Source of the DNA: a bacterium
GTDB lineage: Bacteria > Patescibacteriota > Patescibacteriia > JACQRZ01
Assembly (NCBI GenBank): GCA_030688365.1
Contig: JAUYIE010000018.1
Location: 33,973 to 97,972 of the forward strand
DNA length: 64,000 nt
Direction of reading: 5' to 3'
Below are positions 9,407 through 19,365 of the stretch, piece after piece. Each line of letters starts with the position of its first letter. Position 1 is the stretch's first letter. The notes beneath the pieces were generated by a model, which was not told the DNA's origin, ran no database searches, and saw only the letters and a list, made by a program, of their open reading frames with translations. A program made the position numbers and the translations under genes.

Positions 9407-11569
9407 TCAACCCTTTAGTCGTTTTTCCAAAAATTCTTTGAATTTGTTCTCTGAAGTCTCTGATTTGGACTTTAATCTCTCTTCAACCTTCAGTACACCC
9501 ATAACGCTAAGATCACCATCGTGTTTCTTAAGCTTTTCTAAACGTCCACGCTCGTCAATCAAAAACTCTGCAACGCTAGACTGGAAACTGCATCCGTCGC
9601 TCCTATTTTGTTGCATGTATTTTCTAAGATTTTTTTGAATTGTGTCAAAATACGCATAACGTTCTGTCCATGTTTTTTTCTCATTTTCGTCTGTATTTTT
9701 TTCAACTTGCAAAACTTCGCGCTCTTGCTTTATGCCAGTTTTCTTCCATGGAATGATTGAGGTTTTGTTTGCGTTTACAGCGAGCCTAAACTCTACATCT
9801 TTGATCTTTTTTTCAAGCTCCTGAATTTTTTGATATGCCTCGGATCTGGTGTATTCTGTCTTACCTTCTTTGATGCTAGAACTTCCATCAATATAACCAC
9901 TCTTATCAAATAAAAAATTACCTTTCTTTTTACCTACATCACCAAAAGTATTTTCCAATGAACCAATCGCACTAAGCGCTTGCTCTACGTTTTTAACACG
10001 ATCCTCTATCACTGCCAAGTCACGATCGTTTACCATCCTATGAATCTTGTAACATTGATTATCCCAATCAGCATCCAACTGATGTTTCATTTGCTTAATC
10101 ACTAAATCTCTTTCCTTTTCTATGTTTGACAATTTCTCTTCAAGAATTTTTTTTGCATTTTCAAGACTACCTTGATCTGTGACTACTTCACGCAAACGCC
10201 CGGAAACCGACTTTTCTGGAATTTTATTACTACGGCTTACTTGTGCAAGATCCTTAAAATTAATGTTTGGATCTTCTGTAAAAAATTTCGGGTTTTCCTT
10301 GAATGCGGTACGCAAATTTATAACCCAATCTTTCATGCGATTAACCATCTTCGTAACACTTGCTATATCCTCATATCTTCCGGATTCTACGATTGTATCT
10401 CTTGCATTTGACCGGTATGCCCTTTCCCGATCAACCACTTCGTCCAAATATGTTTCTGGGGTAATCTTCCCAGAAGAAACACGACTATCATAGGAAGTGC
10501 TTGACTCAAATATATCTTTAAACATTGCAGACGAAATATCATCCGGGGCGTTGTAATCATGATAATCAGAAAAGTATTTTCTCACTTGCTTCTCAATATC
10601 TTTGGATCCGCTGATTGTATCTTTAAACACTTTCAACGTTAATTTGCACTCCCTCTTCGTTTCATTCCAAATATCAACCAAGTCCGCCTTCTCTTTATCA
10701 TAATTTGGAAGACCGGCCAGTTCTTCAAGGGTAGCAGTGATGCCTGCGTGTTCTTGTTTCTTTTCAAATTCTTTTGTTATTTGTTCCTTATAGAACTCAT
10801 ACAAGGTATCGAGGACAAACGAACCACCGTTCTCAATTTTTTTACTCTGTTCGACGTCTGATATATCAACGATTCTGTTCCGATTAACCCTACGCAAATT
10901 AAATGAATCAAGATTGTCCATGAGCATTTGACTATCATCATGATGTTTTGAAATTTCTTCTTTAATGCTATCTTGAATTTTTTTCTTTCCTTCAGGTGTT
11001 TTTGCTACTAACTTGTCGCGTACCTCTTTTTTCTCTACAGTCCTAGCTTCAAGTGCCGACATGATGTCTTTTATTTTACCTTTAATAAGGACACCCACGA
11101 CTTTTTTATCATGTTTGGATAAACCTTCTCCTTTGCCACTACCCTTTAACAATCTTTTTAATATTATATTTCGTTTTTCATTATACTCTTGAGCATTAGC
11201 GACGGCTTTGTCTCGTATTGTCTTATCATCGCTAAACAGCTCATCCTCTCCAAACAATTGCTTAACCTCCGTGATTCCCATTTCTTCTCTTAAAACAGCA
11301 CTTTTAGCCGGATCATCAAAATATTGTTCTAACTCTTTAAATCTCGCATCAAACTCCTTTACAGACTCACTTGTATTAGAATACAGCTCAGGCAAACTGC
11401 TTGTTACTGTTTCAAGTTCATTGATTTCTTGCTCAAGCGATGTGATCTCCGTATAAATTCCTTGTAGTTCTGCATTCTTTTCTTCTTCCTCCTTTTCTTC
11501 TATTTTAGATTTTTTCTCTTGTTCGCGAGCCTGAACCCTTTTATTTAGATGCTCTTCAAGTGATGCCAT
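9407..11569 (-). CDS. large K/E-rich coiled-coil protein of unknown function (720 aa)
   Basis: Long uninterrupted ORF with no signal peptide or Walker motifs. Repeated heptad-like charged segments. Confidence 0.6.
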   Translation of the reverse strand: MASLEEHLNKRVQAREQEKKSKIEEKEEEEKNAELQGIYTEITSLEQEINELETVTSSLPELYSNTSESVKEFDARFKELEQYFDDPAKSAVLREEMGITEVKQLFGEDELFSDDKTIRDKAVANAQEYNEKRNIILKRLLKGSGKGEGLSKHDKKVVGVLIKGKIKDIMSALEARTVEKKEVRDKLVAKTPEGKKKIQDSIKEEISKHHDDSQMLMDNLDSFNLRRVNRNRIVDISDVEQSKKIENGGSFVLDTLYEFYKEQITKEFEKKQEHAGITATLEELAGLPNYDKEKADLVDIWNETKRECKLTLKVFKDTISGSKDIEKQVRKYFSDYHDYNAPDDISSAMFKDIFESSTSYDSRVSSGKITPETYLDEVVDRERAYRSNARDTIVESGRYEDIASVTKMVNRMKDWVINLRTAFKENPKFFTEDPNINFKDLAQVSRSNKIPEKSVSGRLREVVTDQGSLENAKKILEEKLSNIEKERDLVIKQMKHQLDADWDNQCYKIHRMVNDRDLAVIEDRVKNVEQALSAIGSLENTFGDVGKKKGNFLFDKSGYIDGSSSIKEGKTEYTRSEAYQKIQELEKKIKDVEFRLAVNANKTSIIPWKKTGIKQEREVLQVEKNTDENEKKTWTERYAYFDTIQKNLRKYMQQNRSDGCSFQSSVAEFLIDERGRLEKLKKHDGDLSVMGVLKVEERLKSKSETSENKFKEFLEKRLKG

Positions 11570-11626
11570 AAAATAAAAAATAGTATTCTAATTAATGCGT
11601 AGTATACCACATGGACACTTAAACCT

Positions 11627-11658
11627 CAAAAAAAGAAAGTCCTATCAATTAGGACTTT
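11627..11658 (-). terminator. Rho-independent terminator downstream of upp
   Basis: 9-bp stem AAAGTCCTA/TAGGACTTT (11636-11644 / 11650-11658) with loop TCAAT, followed on the minus strand by CTTTTTTT. Confidence 0.5.
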
Positions 11659-11677
11659 AAAAATATTTTTAATATTA

Positions 11678-12388
11678 TTACGGTTTAACGAGCTCATCAC
11701 CAAGATCGCCACCACCTGGAACAATAAATCCTACCTGATTCGGACCGCCATCCAGAACGGCGCTAAACTGCTTTGGTTCCGTAACATGTTTATATGTACG
11801 CAAGACAGCACGTGGTGTCTCCATAAGTGTGACAGTTGCGAAATCACATGATTGCCATGCAACCCCATTGGCTTTTAAAAGTTCAAAAATAGCAGTCAAT
11901 GCTTCATCCATACTCCCTCCGGTAGATTTCATTGGGTCTATAATAAGATACATTCCCCCTTTGACAATTGGTATATCTTTACAAAGCATTGTTGGAATGA
12001 GACTTTCTTCATTCCTCTTTTCCCACATCGTGCTCACATGAACTTTTAAACCAGACACAAGATCAAGGGCAGTAACAATAGCATGAGCTGGTGTATTACC
12101 TGCACGAAGTATCTCCACAACAACAATTTCCTGAATGACCTCATAAACTGTTGTCATTGCCACTCCCGTATCTATTTCCTTCGGCTGTGTTTTTAACTTT
12201 GCCAAAGCCATCATAGCGATGTGAGGAAACAGAAAACGTACAGCATTACGCTTATCTCTCCCAGAACATTTCTTGTCTCTCAGTATTGAGAGACAGTGTC
12301 CAAATATTGAGTTTTGAGATAATAATGTCACATGTTCCTCAAGACCGATAACTTTTTTTTCTACCACTGTGTTTGACAATGAATCCAT
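11678..12388 (-). CDS. upp: uracil phosphoribosyltransferase-like protein
   Basis: PRPP-binding motif LIIDPMKSTGGSM, VVVEILRAG and the C-terminal motif GFIVPGGGDLGDELV match UPRT signatures. It has an N-terminal extension (236 aa). Confidence 0.7.
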   Translation of the reverse strand: MDSLSNTVVEKKVIGLEEHVTLLSQNSIFGHCLSILRDKKCSGRDKRNAVRFLFPHIAMMALAKLKTQPKEIDTGVAMTTVYEVIQEIVVVEILRAGNTPAHAIVTALDLVSGLKVHVSTMWEKRNEESLIPTMLCKDIPIVKGGMYLIIDPMKSTGGSMDEALTAIFELLKANGVAWQSCDFATVTLMETPRAVLRTYKHVTEPKQFSAVLDGGPNQVGFIVPGGGDLGDELVKP

Positions 12389-12464
12389 TTCTTCTCTCCT
12401 TTAATACAATCAATAATATTTTTTAAATGTACTAATTCGTACGCACATTGTGTCATAGACTATC

Positions 12465-13010
12465 CTACTTACTCCCGCTTGTCAAATGTTCAAAGTAGAC
12501 TTGGCTTTTTGGCATTGAGTTCAGGCGTGGAAATAGATGGTCATGTAGTGAAAATTGTTCTTGAGGCACCCCATATCCTAACAACACACAAAGGTTATAT
12601 AAATACGTCCGTGCGAGTTGTGTAGATGGGATATCACCACCGGCGACTTCTTGAATAAACCCGTACAGTAAATCAAAAAGCTCATCATCTCGATGAGCAT
12701 CGCGCACCATCTGATCGGTGCATTCCAGACAATAGAGCGCCGCGATCAGGCGATCAGACTTATCAAATGATGGTACAAAATGTGCTATCGCATCCACAGT
12801 CGCGATATGATCCCTGCCTCGTCCTCGGGCAATAGTAAATGTAGCGTAGGTAAAAAGCTCTAGATGCCCCGCAAGCTTGCTCGTAATCTTTTTTACACTT
12901 TTTGCCAAGGCAGAAATCTTGCCGTGTTCCTTAGTATAAATAGTATAAACACGATCGGCATCTCGCCCATCTCGTTTGGCAATAATAATGCCAATAGTTT
13001 TGAACGTCAT
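12465..13010 (-). CDS. recO: DNA repair protein RecO (short form)
   Basis: From the internal Met: MTFKTIGIIIAKRDGRDADRVYTIYTKEHGKISALAKS... matches the RecO N-terminal OB fold, and a CLEC motif follows. The longer track ORF (to 13130) would overlap ruvX and was rejected. Confidence 0.65.
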   Translation of the reverse strand: MTFKTIGIIIAKRDGRDADRVYTIYTKEHGKISALAKSVKKITSKLAGHLELFTYATFTIARGRGRDHIATVDAIAHFVPSFDKSDRLIAALYCLECTDQMVRDAHRDDELFDLLYGFIQEVAGGDIPSTQLARTYLYNLCVLLGYGVPQEQFSLHDHLFPRLNSMPKSQVYFEHLTSGSK

Positions 13011-13014
13011 AGCG

Positions 13015-13404
13015 CTAGCGCAACGAATCAAAATAGCTCTGTAGCACCAACATCGCAGCGACTGCATGATCTTTTTTCTCCGGCGTATCACGCAACATTT
13101 TCTGCGCTTCTTTTGAGGAAAAACTTTCATCGTACATATGCACAGGCATACCTACTTCTTTGGTGAGAGTCGCCACAAATTCTTCAACCTCCGTTCGTTG
13201 ACGCATATCAGCAGTCCCAATCGTCGGCACCCCCACAACAATCGCCTGTACCTTCTCCTCCTTGATGACCGTTTTTAGGTGATCAAATGTTTGATTCACC
13301 CCCTTATTTTCAAAAATCCTAAACGGCGACGCGATCTTAATCTCATCGTCGCCCAAAGCAAGACCGATATGTTTTGACCCATAATCAATAGAAAGGTATG
13401 TCAT
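13015..13404 (-). CDS. ruvX: Holliday-junction resolvase-like / pre-16S rRNA nuclease YqgF
   Basis: MTYLSIDYGSKHIGLALGDD... is the classic RuvX/YqgF N-terminus. 129 aa. Confidence 0.8.
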   Translation of the reverse strand: MTYLSIDYGSKHIGLALGDDEIKIASPFRIFENKGVNQTFDHLKTVIKEEKVQAIVVGVPTIGTADMRQRTEVEEFVATLTKEVGMPVHMYDESFSSKEAQKMLRDTPEKKDHAVAAMLVLQSYFDSLR

Positions 13405-13444
13405 AGTGCTATATAGGATATCAGAATTAAACTATAAATTCAAC

Positions 13445-13491
13445 AATCTCGAAAGTAAAGTAAAACTGATAAGCTTTTGCTTATCAGTTTA
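13445..13491 (-). terminator. Rho-independent terminator after membrane-protein gene 13495..14358
   Basis: 12-bp perfect stem AAACTGATAAGC/GCTTATCAGTTT (13463-13474 / 13479-13490) with TTTT loop. A U-rich tract follows on the minus strand. Confidence 0.5.
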
Positions 13492-13494
13492 ATC

Positions 13495-14358
13495 TTATTT
13501 TGGATGTAACAAATCAAAATCATCGAGCTGTTTGCGACATGCTGTTTCAAATAGCTGAATCATTTCTTGAGCGCGTCTTCCTGCTGCAGATCTTTCTTCT
13601 GGTGGAAGTTTTGCTACGTTCGCTAAAATACTACGAGTGAGTTTTATTTTTTCATCTTCCATGTGATCCACAATCCTTTGTCTGCCCAACTCAAAGGTTT
13701 TCTTGACCTTTTTTTTGTTAGACGCTTTAAATTCCTCAAGTTGAATGTCAAGTTGTTTTTGATATTTTTTTAACTCTGCATCATTCTTGATTGTTAATTC
13801 ATGTTTCAACTTTTCAGTGTCATAAACCACCAGACTGTTACAGCTCATTGACAATATTGTGAGTATTGTCAGTATGCTGACACTAGATATAACGAGACAT
13901 ATAACAACCCCACCAAATGACTCCTGTGTTAAGATGCGATCAGCAACCATAGCAGGGAAAAATGTGACGGCTTGTCCAAAAATACCACAAATCATAGCAG
14001 ATACAATTATATTGATAGTATCTGATGGTTTGCGAAAAAACTCACGAACAGAGACATCTTCACTGTCTTTATATATCTCTACAAATTCTTTCCTAACCAA
14101 GTAGAGAATCAAGGAGAAGCCACAGAAGACATCAATGCTTCCTATACCTGCAATTATCAATGTAACCAACAAAGGATTATTGAATATTCCTCCCATAAGA
14201 AGGCTATATACAAAACTAACAACAGCGAGCATAGCCATCTGAAGCCCAAACACAACCATCTTTTTTTTCATTTTTAATGTACTCCTACTTGTTAAAACAA
14301 TATAACCCACAATGAAACTACCAAAAACAGACGTTTTTGTCAAGATATTAACCACCAC
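13495..14358 (-). CDS. hypothetical membrane protein (about 4 TM helices) with C-terminal cytoplasmic coiled-coil
   Basis: 287-aa ORF. Hydrophobic N-terminal half and a charged, helical C-terminal third. Confidence 0.5.
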   Translation of the reverse strand: MVVNILTKTSVFGSFIVGYIVLTSRSTLKMKKKMVVFGLQMAMLAVVSFVYSLLMGGIFNNPLLVTLIIAGIGSIDVFCGFSLILYLVRKEFVEIYKDSEDVSVREFFRKPSDTINIIVSAMICGIFGQAVTFFPAMVADRILTQESFGGVVICLVISSVSILTILTILSMSCNSLVVYDTEKLKHELTIKNDAELKKYQKQLDIQLEEFKASNKKKVKKTFELGRQRIVDHMEDEKIKLTRSILANVAKLPPEERSAAGRRAQEMIQLFETACRKQLDDFDLLHPK

Positions 14359-14498
14359 TCGAGAAGCGTATAACCCCAGTTCTGTTGACCAAATGTGATC
14401 GTACTGTTAAGTGACTTCCACAACCGTGGTGACCTTCTGATACGACGATTGGGAGAATATCTGAAGGATTCCACAATAATGGAATATAGAATCGGTGT

Positions 14499-14642
14499 TT
14501 CTTGGTTTCTCTTTCAAAAATTTTATGAGCGAGTCAAGTAAAGGATAAAAAAGTTGAGACGAGCGAATAGAAGTGAGGAAGGAGACTTACCTTCTCGTAA
14601 AAAATACCGTGGCCGAACGCTTTTTGAAAGAGAAACCAAGAA
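14499..14642. repeat. 22-bp perfect inverted repeat flanking a 98-nt core; candidate structured RNA or regulatory element
   Basis: TTCTTGGTTTCTCTTTCAAAAA at 14499-14520 is the exact reverse complement of 14621-14642. It lies in the 300-nt intergenic gap between map and the downstream membrane-protein gene. Confidence 0.4.
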
Positions 14643-14657
14643 CCGTACATGGCAAAA

Positions 14658-15437
14658 TTATGCTAGGGTCAAAATTTCATGCCCCCCAGCAGTCACCGCA
14701 ATAGTATGTTCAAAATGCGCCGCCAAAGAATGATCCGCTGTCCGCACTGTCCACTCATCCGTATCCGTGAATACATGCCAATCTCCCATCGCCACCATCG
14801 GCTCAATACAAATCACCATGCCTTCTTTCAAAATAACATCAGGCATGCGCTCATCAAAATAATTAGGCACTGGTGGATCTTCATGTACAGAAAATCCTAC
14901 CCCATGCCCCGTCAAATCACGAATCAATGAATACCCGTGTCCTTCGCAATATCCCTGCACTTCTTTTGAAATCTCATGGATGGATATACCGGGACGTACC
15001 AAGGCGATAGCGCGATCCAAAGAAACACGCGTCACATCAATCAGACTTTGTGCATCGACAGATATCTTTCCCACACCCACCGTCACCGCCATATCAGTAT
15101 ACAATCCATCATTTGCCGGATAACGAGTGCCAATATCAAGACCGACGATATCGCCTTCGTGTAATACAATATCGCGTATACCAATACCGTGGACGACCTC
15201 ATCATTGATTGAAATACATAGAGTGGACGGATATCCCACCACTCCCCGTGCCGTGCCATATCCCAAAAAAGCTGGCGCCCCTCCATGGCTCTCTATGTAT
15301 TCACGCGCGATCCTATCCAACCCGTGTATCCCTATGCCTGGCTTCACAGCGGATTGCACAGCCAAAAGAGCGGCCGCAAGTATTGAGCCGCCTTTTTTCA
15401 TAAGAGCAATATCGTCTGTTGTCTTGTATGTAATCAT
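14658..15437 (-). CDS. map: methionine aminopeptidase type I
   Basis: 259 aa. Metal-binding motifs (DxxD...H...E...E) include HGIGIRD and HFEHTIAVT. The start overlaps the adk stop (ATGA). Confidence 0.9.
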   Translation of the reverse strand: MITYKTTDDIALMKKGGSILAAALLAVQSAVKPGIGIHGLDRIAREYIESHGGAPAFLGYGTARGVVGYPSTLCISINDEVVHGIGIRDIVLHEGDIVGLDIGTRYPANDGLYTDMAVTVGVGKISVDAQSLIDVTRVSLDRAIALVRPGISIHEISKEVQGYCEGHGYSLIRDLTGHGVGFSVHEDPPVPNYFDERMPDVILKEGMVICIEPMVAMGDWHVFTDTDEWTVRTADHSLAAHFEHTIAVTAGGHEILTLA

Positions 15438-16111
15438 AGAGAGACGCCAATCTCGCGAAGTTTCTCTGTAATGACAGCAAAATCCGCATCTGGTCCGTCA
15501 TCGACTCCGCTTTGATATGAAATAATAGGATATCCAAGCTTGCGATATATATCAAGCAACATCGTAATACGTTGATCGTACTCCTTATACCTCAAACGTA
15601 CAATGTCCTCCTTGTCATCTTCTCGTTGTGTCAAAGATTGTTTACAAACATCACATTCATTTTTTGTATACTGCTCATTTCCTGGTCTAAATGGCCGACC
15701 ACACTGTCCGCAAATCCTACGCGTACTGATACGTTGTACTGCCGTATCTTCATCAATATCAATATGAATCACCACAGGCGTTCCCAAATCAAATGCGCTT
15801 AATATTTCCGGAAGTTTATCTACTTCACCTATTGAAAGGGGAAAGGTGTCAAAAATTACCCCATGAGAAGTATCCAGCGTACCAAGATGATCATTTAAAA
15901 TTTCAACGGCAATCGCATCATCTTGAGGAATCCCCGCATTATAATTTTTCTCAATCAATTCGCATATATTTCCTGAACGTGGTACGTCGCAATAATGACG
16001 TATCAACGATCCCATGGCTATATGTGTCATACCAGTGGCAGTGGCAAGGCGTTTTGCCTGTTCACCTTTGCCGGATCCCGGCGAACCAATAAGAAGAAAA
16101 GCTCTGCTCAT
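15434..16111 (-). CDS. adk: adenylate kinase (zinc-binding lid)
   Basis: P-loop LLIGSPGSGKG and lid CGQCG...CDVC. ATG at 16109-16111 (the track start at 16120 is a TTG). TGA stop. Confidence 0.9.
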   Translation of the reverse strand: MSRAFLLIGSPGSGKGEQAKRLATATGMTHIAMGSLIRHYCDVPRSGNICELIEKNYNAGIPQDDAIAVEILNDHLGTLDTSHGVIFDTFPLSIGEVDKLPEILSAFDLGTPVVIHIDIDEDTAVQRISTRRICGQCGRPFRPGNEQYTKNECDVCKQSLTQREDDKEDIVRLRYKEYDQRITMLLDIYRKLGYPIISYQSGVDDGPDADFAVITEKLREIGVSL

Positions 16112-16135
16112 AGAACACAATTCTTAAAAACTTAA

Positions 16136-17407
16136 TTAAATAATATCGTCGTAATCGCGCATTGTCATTTGTGCTTTGATTTGCTTGAATATCTCAATCA
16201 CAACACCTACAACGATCAAGACACTCGCACCGCTAAAGGAAAGATTGGTAATACCTGTCCCCGCCTGTACGACTTGTGGTATAGTTGCAATTACTGCCAA
16301 AAATAGCGCTCCAGGAAGAACGATCTTGCTCATTGTCTTTGCAAGATACTCTGCAGTTGGGGATCCTGGACGAATACCAGGAATAAACCCTCCTTGCTTT
16401 TGAATATTTTCAGCCACTTCAGCAGGTTTGAAAATAATCGCAGTATAAAAATAGGTAAAGGCCATGACCAACACAAAAAAGACTATTCCATTATACAATT
16501 GATTGCTAAAAAAACGAATAACAAACTCTGATGCGTGTACCACCCAGGTACTACGCGCCTGTAAAAAGAATTGTGCGATGGTAGGCGGAAACAAAATAAT
16601 AGACACAGCAAAAATGATAGGAATCATGCCTGCTTGATTGATTTTTAAAGGTAAGTGAGTTTCTGATCCGCCAGTCAATCGCGAACCGCGCACTTGTTTT
16701 GCATATTGTACTGGTACGTTTCTTTGTGCATCTGCCACAAACACGATAAAAGCAACTAAGAGCAGTAACGCGGCAGTAAACGAGATCACCCCCACTACTT
16801 GCGAGGAATCAATCGTTTGGAGTGATGATAGCAATCCGGGAAGTCCTGAAACAATACCCGCAAAAATCAACAGTGAAATACCATTTCCCACCTTCTTCTC
16901 CGAGATAAGTTCACCGAGCCACATCATGAAAATAGTGCCGGCAGTCATAGTCAAAATCATGATAGCGATAGATAGTGCATCAGTATTCAAAAATATTTGT
17001 TGACTGGACTGACGCAAAAGCGCAATAACTCCGTATCCCTGAATCATAGCCAGTGGTACAGTGAGATATCGTGTATATTGAGTAATTTTCCCTTTACCAT
17101 ACTCACCTTCTTTAGATAGCCGTTCCAAAGCAGGGACAATCATTGTCAAAAGCTGGATAATAATGGATGCAGTGATATAAGGAGCGATCCCGATCGCTAA
17201 CAACGAAAAACGCTCGAGCCCTCCGCCTGAAAAAAGACTCACTAATCCCAGCAATGGATTCTCATCAAGAAATGCTTTCAATGCGACAGGGTCAACCCCT
17301 GGCAGTGGAATAGCTGCTACAAAACGAAAAATGATAAGCATACCGATAACAAAAAGCACTGCGTTGCGTAGCTCCGGAACGTTCCAAATTTGTCGAAGCG
17401 TATTCAT
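16136..17407 (-). CDS. secY: preprotein translocase subunit SecY
   Basis: 423 aa with 10 TM helices. Its N-terminus and its position after rplO are typical. Confidence 0.9.
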   Translation of the reverse strand: MNTLRQIWNVPELRNAVLFVIGMLIIFRFVAAIPLPGVDPVALKAFLDENPLLGLVSLFSGGGLERFSLLAIGIAPYITASIIIQLLTMIVPALERLSKEGEYGKGKITQYTRYLTVPLAMIQGYGVIALLRQSSQQIFLNTDALSIAIMILTMTAGTIFMMWLGELISEKKVGNGISLLIFAGIVSGLPGLLSSLQTIDSSQVVGVISFTAALLLLVAFIVFVADAQRNVPVQYAKQVRGSRLTGGSETHLPLKINQAGMIPIIFAVSIILFPPTIAQFFLQARSTWVVHASEFVIRFFSNQLYNGIVFFVLVMAFTYFYTAIIFKPAEVAENIQKQGGFIPGIRPGSPTAEYLAKTMSKIVLPGALFLAVIATIPQVVQAGTGITNLSFSGASVLIVVGVVIEIFKQIKAQMTMRDYDDII

Positions 17408-17435
17408 GATAATCGTTTAAAAAATGAAAACAAGT

Positions 17436-17891
17436 TTATGCGCTCATAGTGATCGTACCCCCCGCTTTTTCAATCTTTTCTCGAGCAGATGCGGAAAATA
17501 TACAATCGTTCACCGTCAATTTCTTTGTGAGCGTTCCAATTCCAAGCACTTTCACGCGAGAAGAAGTTCCTTTTGCCTTTTTTATAATCCCTTTTGCAGT
17601 CAAAGAAATATGATCCACCGTTTCACCGTCTTTGAAATGTTTCTCAAGATCTCGCACGTTGACCTCATAGGTAATGATACCTTTGATTGCATGGAATCCT
17701 TTATTTTTTGGGATACGCAAAAGCATCTGCTTCATACCTTTGAGACGAAGACCTTTACGTCCGCCGCTACGTGCACGTTGACCTTTTTGGCCACGTGTGG
17801 CAGTCGTACCATGTCCACTTCCATGACCTCTACCGACTCGCTTTGGTCGTTTGGTAGATCCTTTAAATGATTTTAGTGTATGAAGTTCCAT
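17436..17891 (-). CDS. rplO: 50S ribosomal protein L15
   Basis: Gly/Arg-rich N-terminus KRVGRGHGSGHGTTATRGQKG. Immediately follows rpsE with no L30 gene between them. Confidence 0.9.
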   Translation of the reverse strand: MELHTLKSFKGSTKRPKRVGRGHGSGHGTTATRGQKGQRARSGGRKGLRLKGMKQMLLRIPKNKGFHAIKGIITYEVNVRDLEKHFKDGETVDHISLTAKGIIKKAKGTSSRVKVLGIGTLTKKLTVNDCIFSASAREKIEKAGGTITMSA

Positions 17892-17894
17892 ATA

Positions 17895-18446
17895 TTATAC
17901 AGCAGGTGTTATGATGGACTCTCCCATTATATCAGGAGTCACTTTTTCTACACGTGGTTTGATAACCCGCACTGACGGTTTTGATAGCTCCTTAATACCT
18001 GCAAACAATGCATGAATATTATTTATTTTATTTTTTGAGCCATAAGACTTTGCGACGATATTGTTCACGCCGGAAATTTCCAATGCAAGACGTATAGCCC
18101 CACCTGCCATAACACCAGTACCTTCAGGAGCAGATTTTAACATGATACGTGCCGCCTTAAACTTTATTCTTGCTTCATGAGGAATAGTACCATGAACGAT
18201 AGGAATGGTCACCAATGCTTTCTTGGCATGATTTGCTGCTTTATTCACTGCAATCGTGACATCTGCTCCTTTTGCAATACCATATCCTACCTGTCCTTTT
18301 TTATCACCCACAACAACGCACGCACGAAATCGCATACGCTTCCCGCCTGCTGTCACACGCGTGACACGAGCAAGATCAATAATCCGTTGGTCAAAATCGG
18401 ATTGTTCACGTTGATTTCCTCGTTTTGTACGTTTGTTCTGTGCCAT
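17895..18446 (-). CDS. rpsE: 30S ribosomal protein S5
   Basis: 183 aa. RVTRVTAGGKRMRFRA...VVVGDKKGQVGYGIAKG is an S5 signature. Confidence 0.9.
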   Translation of the reverse strand: MAQNKRTKRGNQREQSDFDQRIIDLARVTRVTAGGKRMRFRACVVVGDKKGQVGYGIAKGADVTIAVNKAANHAKKALVTIPIVHGTIPHEARIKFKAARIMLKSAPEGTGVMAGGAIRLALEISGVNNIVAKSYGSKNKINNIHALFAGIKELSKPSVRVIKPRVEKVTPDIMGESIITPAV

Positions 18447-18460
18447 AGTATAAAAATGTT

Positions 18461-18817
18461 TTAAAACTCGAGTCCTCCTTCGCGCGCTCCATCAGCTAGT
18501 GCCGCAACACGTCCATGATACTGATAACCTCCTCTATCAAAGACAACTGATTTGATACTTTTCTCTGCTGCTTTTTTGGCAATAAGCATACCGACGTGGG
18601 TTGCACGTTCTGTCTTTGTTTTTTTGAGATCCGTTGCAGAAAGCTCTTTTTCACGCGCACTCGCCATAGTACTCCCTTTCTCATCATCAATCAACTGCGC
18701 ATATATCGCTTGCAAAGAACGAAAAACCGCCAAGCGTGGACGCTGTGCTGTGCCTGATATACGTGCGCGAATACGCCGTTTGCGATGAATTCGTTTATTG
18801 TTATGTGAAATAGTCAT
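18461..18817 (-). CDS. rplR: 50S ribosomal protein L18
   Basis: 118 aa. [20 protein letters not shown] plus the conserved C-terminus [28 protein letters not shown]. Confidence 0.85.
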   Translation of the reverse strand: MTISHNNKRIHRKRRIRARISGTAQRPRLAVFRSLQAIYAQLIDDEKGSTMASAREKELSATDLKKTKTERATHVGMLIAKKAAEKSIKSVVFDRGGYQYHGRVAALADGAREGGLEF

Positions 18818-18821
18818 ACGT

Positions 18822-19361
18822 TTATGCCTTTGCCGTCTTTCCCGCTTTACGGCGAATTACTTCCTCTGAATATTTAATACCCTTGCCTTTGTATACTTCC
18901 GGTGGTTTCAACCGACGCAATTGAGCTGCTGTTTCTCCTAACAACTGTTTATCAATACTAGAAAATGTTACTACATTTTTCTCAACAGTAGCAGTCACAC
19001 CTTGCGGTATCACAAAGGTGGTGGGATGAGAAAACCCTAAACTCAAATTCAGCCCACTCCCCCCCAGTGCCACTTTGAATCCAACACCGTTAATTTCAAG
19101 CTTTTTTTCATAGCCAGCCGTTACACCCTGTACCATATTACTAATCAATCTCTGTGACAAGCCCCATAGAGAACGATCCAGTTTATTTTCCGTATCAGCA
19201 ACATTAACCTGTACTGTTGATTCATCTATAGATACCGACACGTGAGGGTGTAATTTTTGTGTCAATTGTCCTTTCGGGCCTTTCACAGTTATCACAAAAC
19301 CATCGTGTGTGATCTGTACTCCGGATGGAATTGAAATAATTTGTTTTCCTATACGTGACAT
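18822..19361 (-). CDS. rplF: 50S ribosomal protein L6
   Basis: [18 protein letters not shown]... begins at the internal ATG (19359-19361), 4 nt after the rpsH stop. The track ORF begins upstream at 19406. Confidence 0.85.
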   Translation of the reverse strand: MSRIGKQIISIPSGVQITHDGFVITVKGPKGQLTQKLHPHVSVSIDESTVQVNVADTENKLDRSLWGLSQRLISNMVQGVTAGYEKKLEINGVGFKVALGGSGLNLSLGFSHPTTFVIPQGVTATVEKNVVTFSSIDKQLLGETAAQLRRLKPPEVYKGKGIKYSEEVIRRKAGKTAKA

Positions 19362-19365
19362 ATAT

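Noticed and set aside
12465-13130. Longer 221-aa form of the recO ORF beginning MKVFPQKKRRKCC...
   Set aside because: The extension overlaps ruvX (13015..13404) by 116 nt and is basic, low-complexity junk. The conserved RecO OB-fold begins exactly at the internal Met (13010).
14499-14642. Possibility that the inverted-repeat element is SRP (4.5S) RNA, RNase P RNA, tmRNA or a tRNA.
   Set aside because: I could not find the conserved SRP domain-IV motifs, RNase P P4 sequences or a tRNA cloverleaf with T-loop GTTC by eye. It is kept only as an unclassified structured element.
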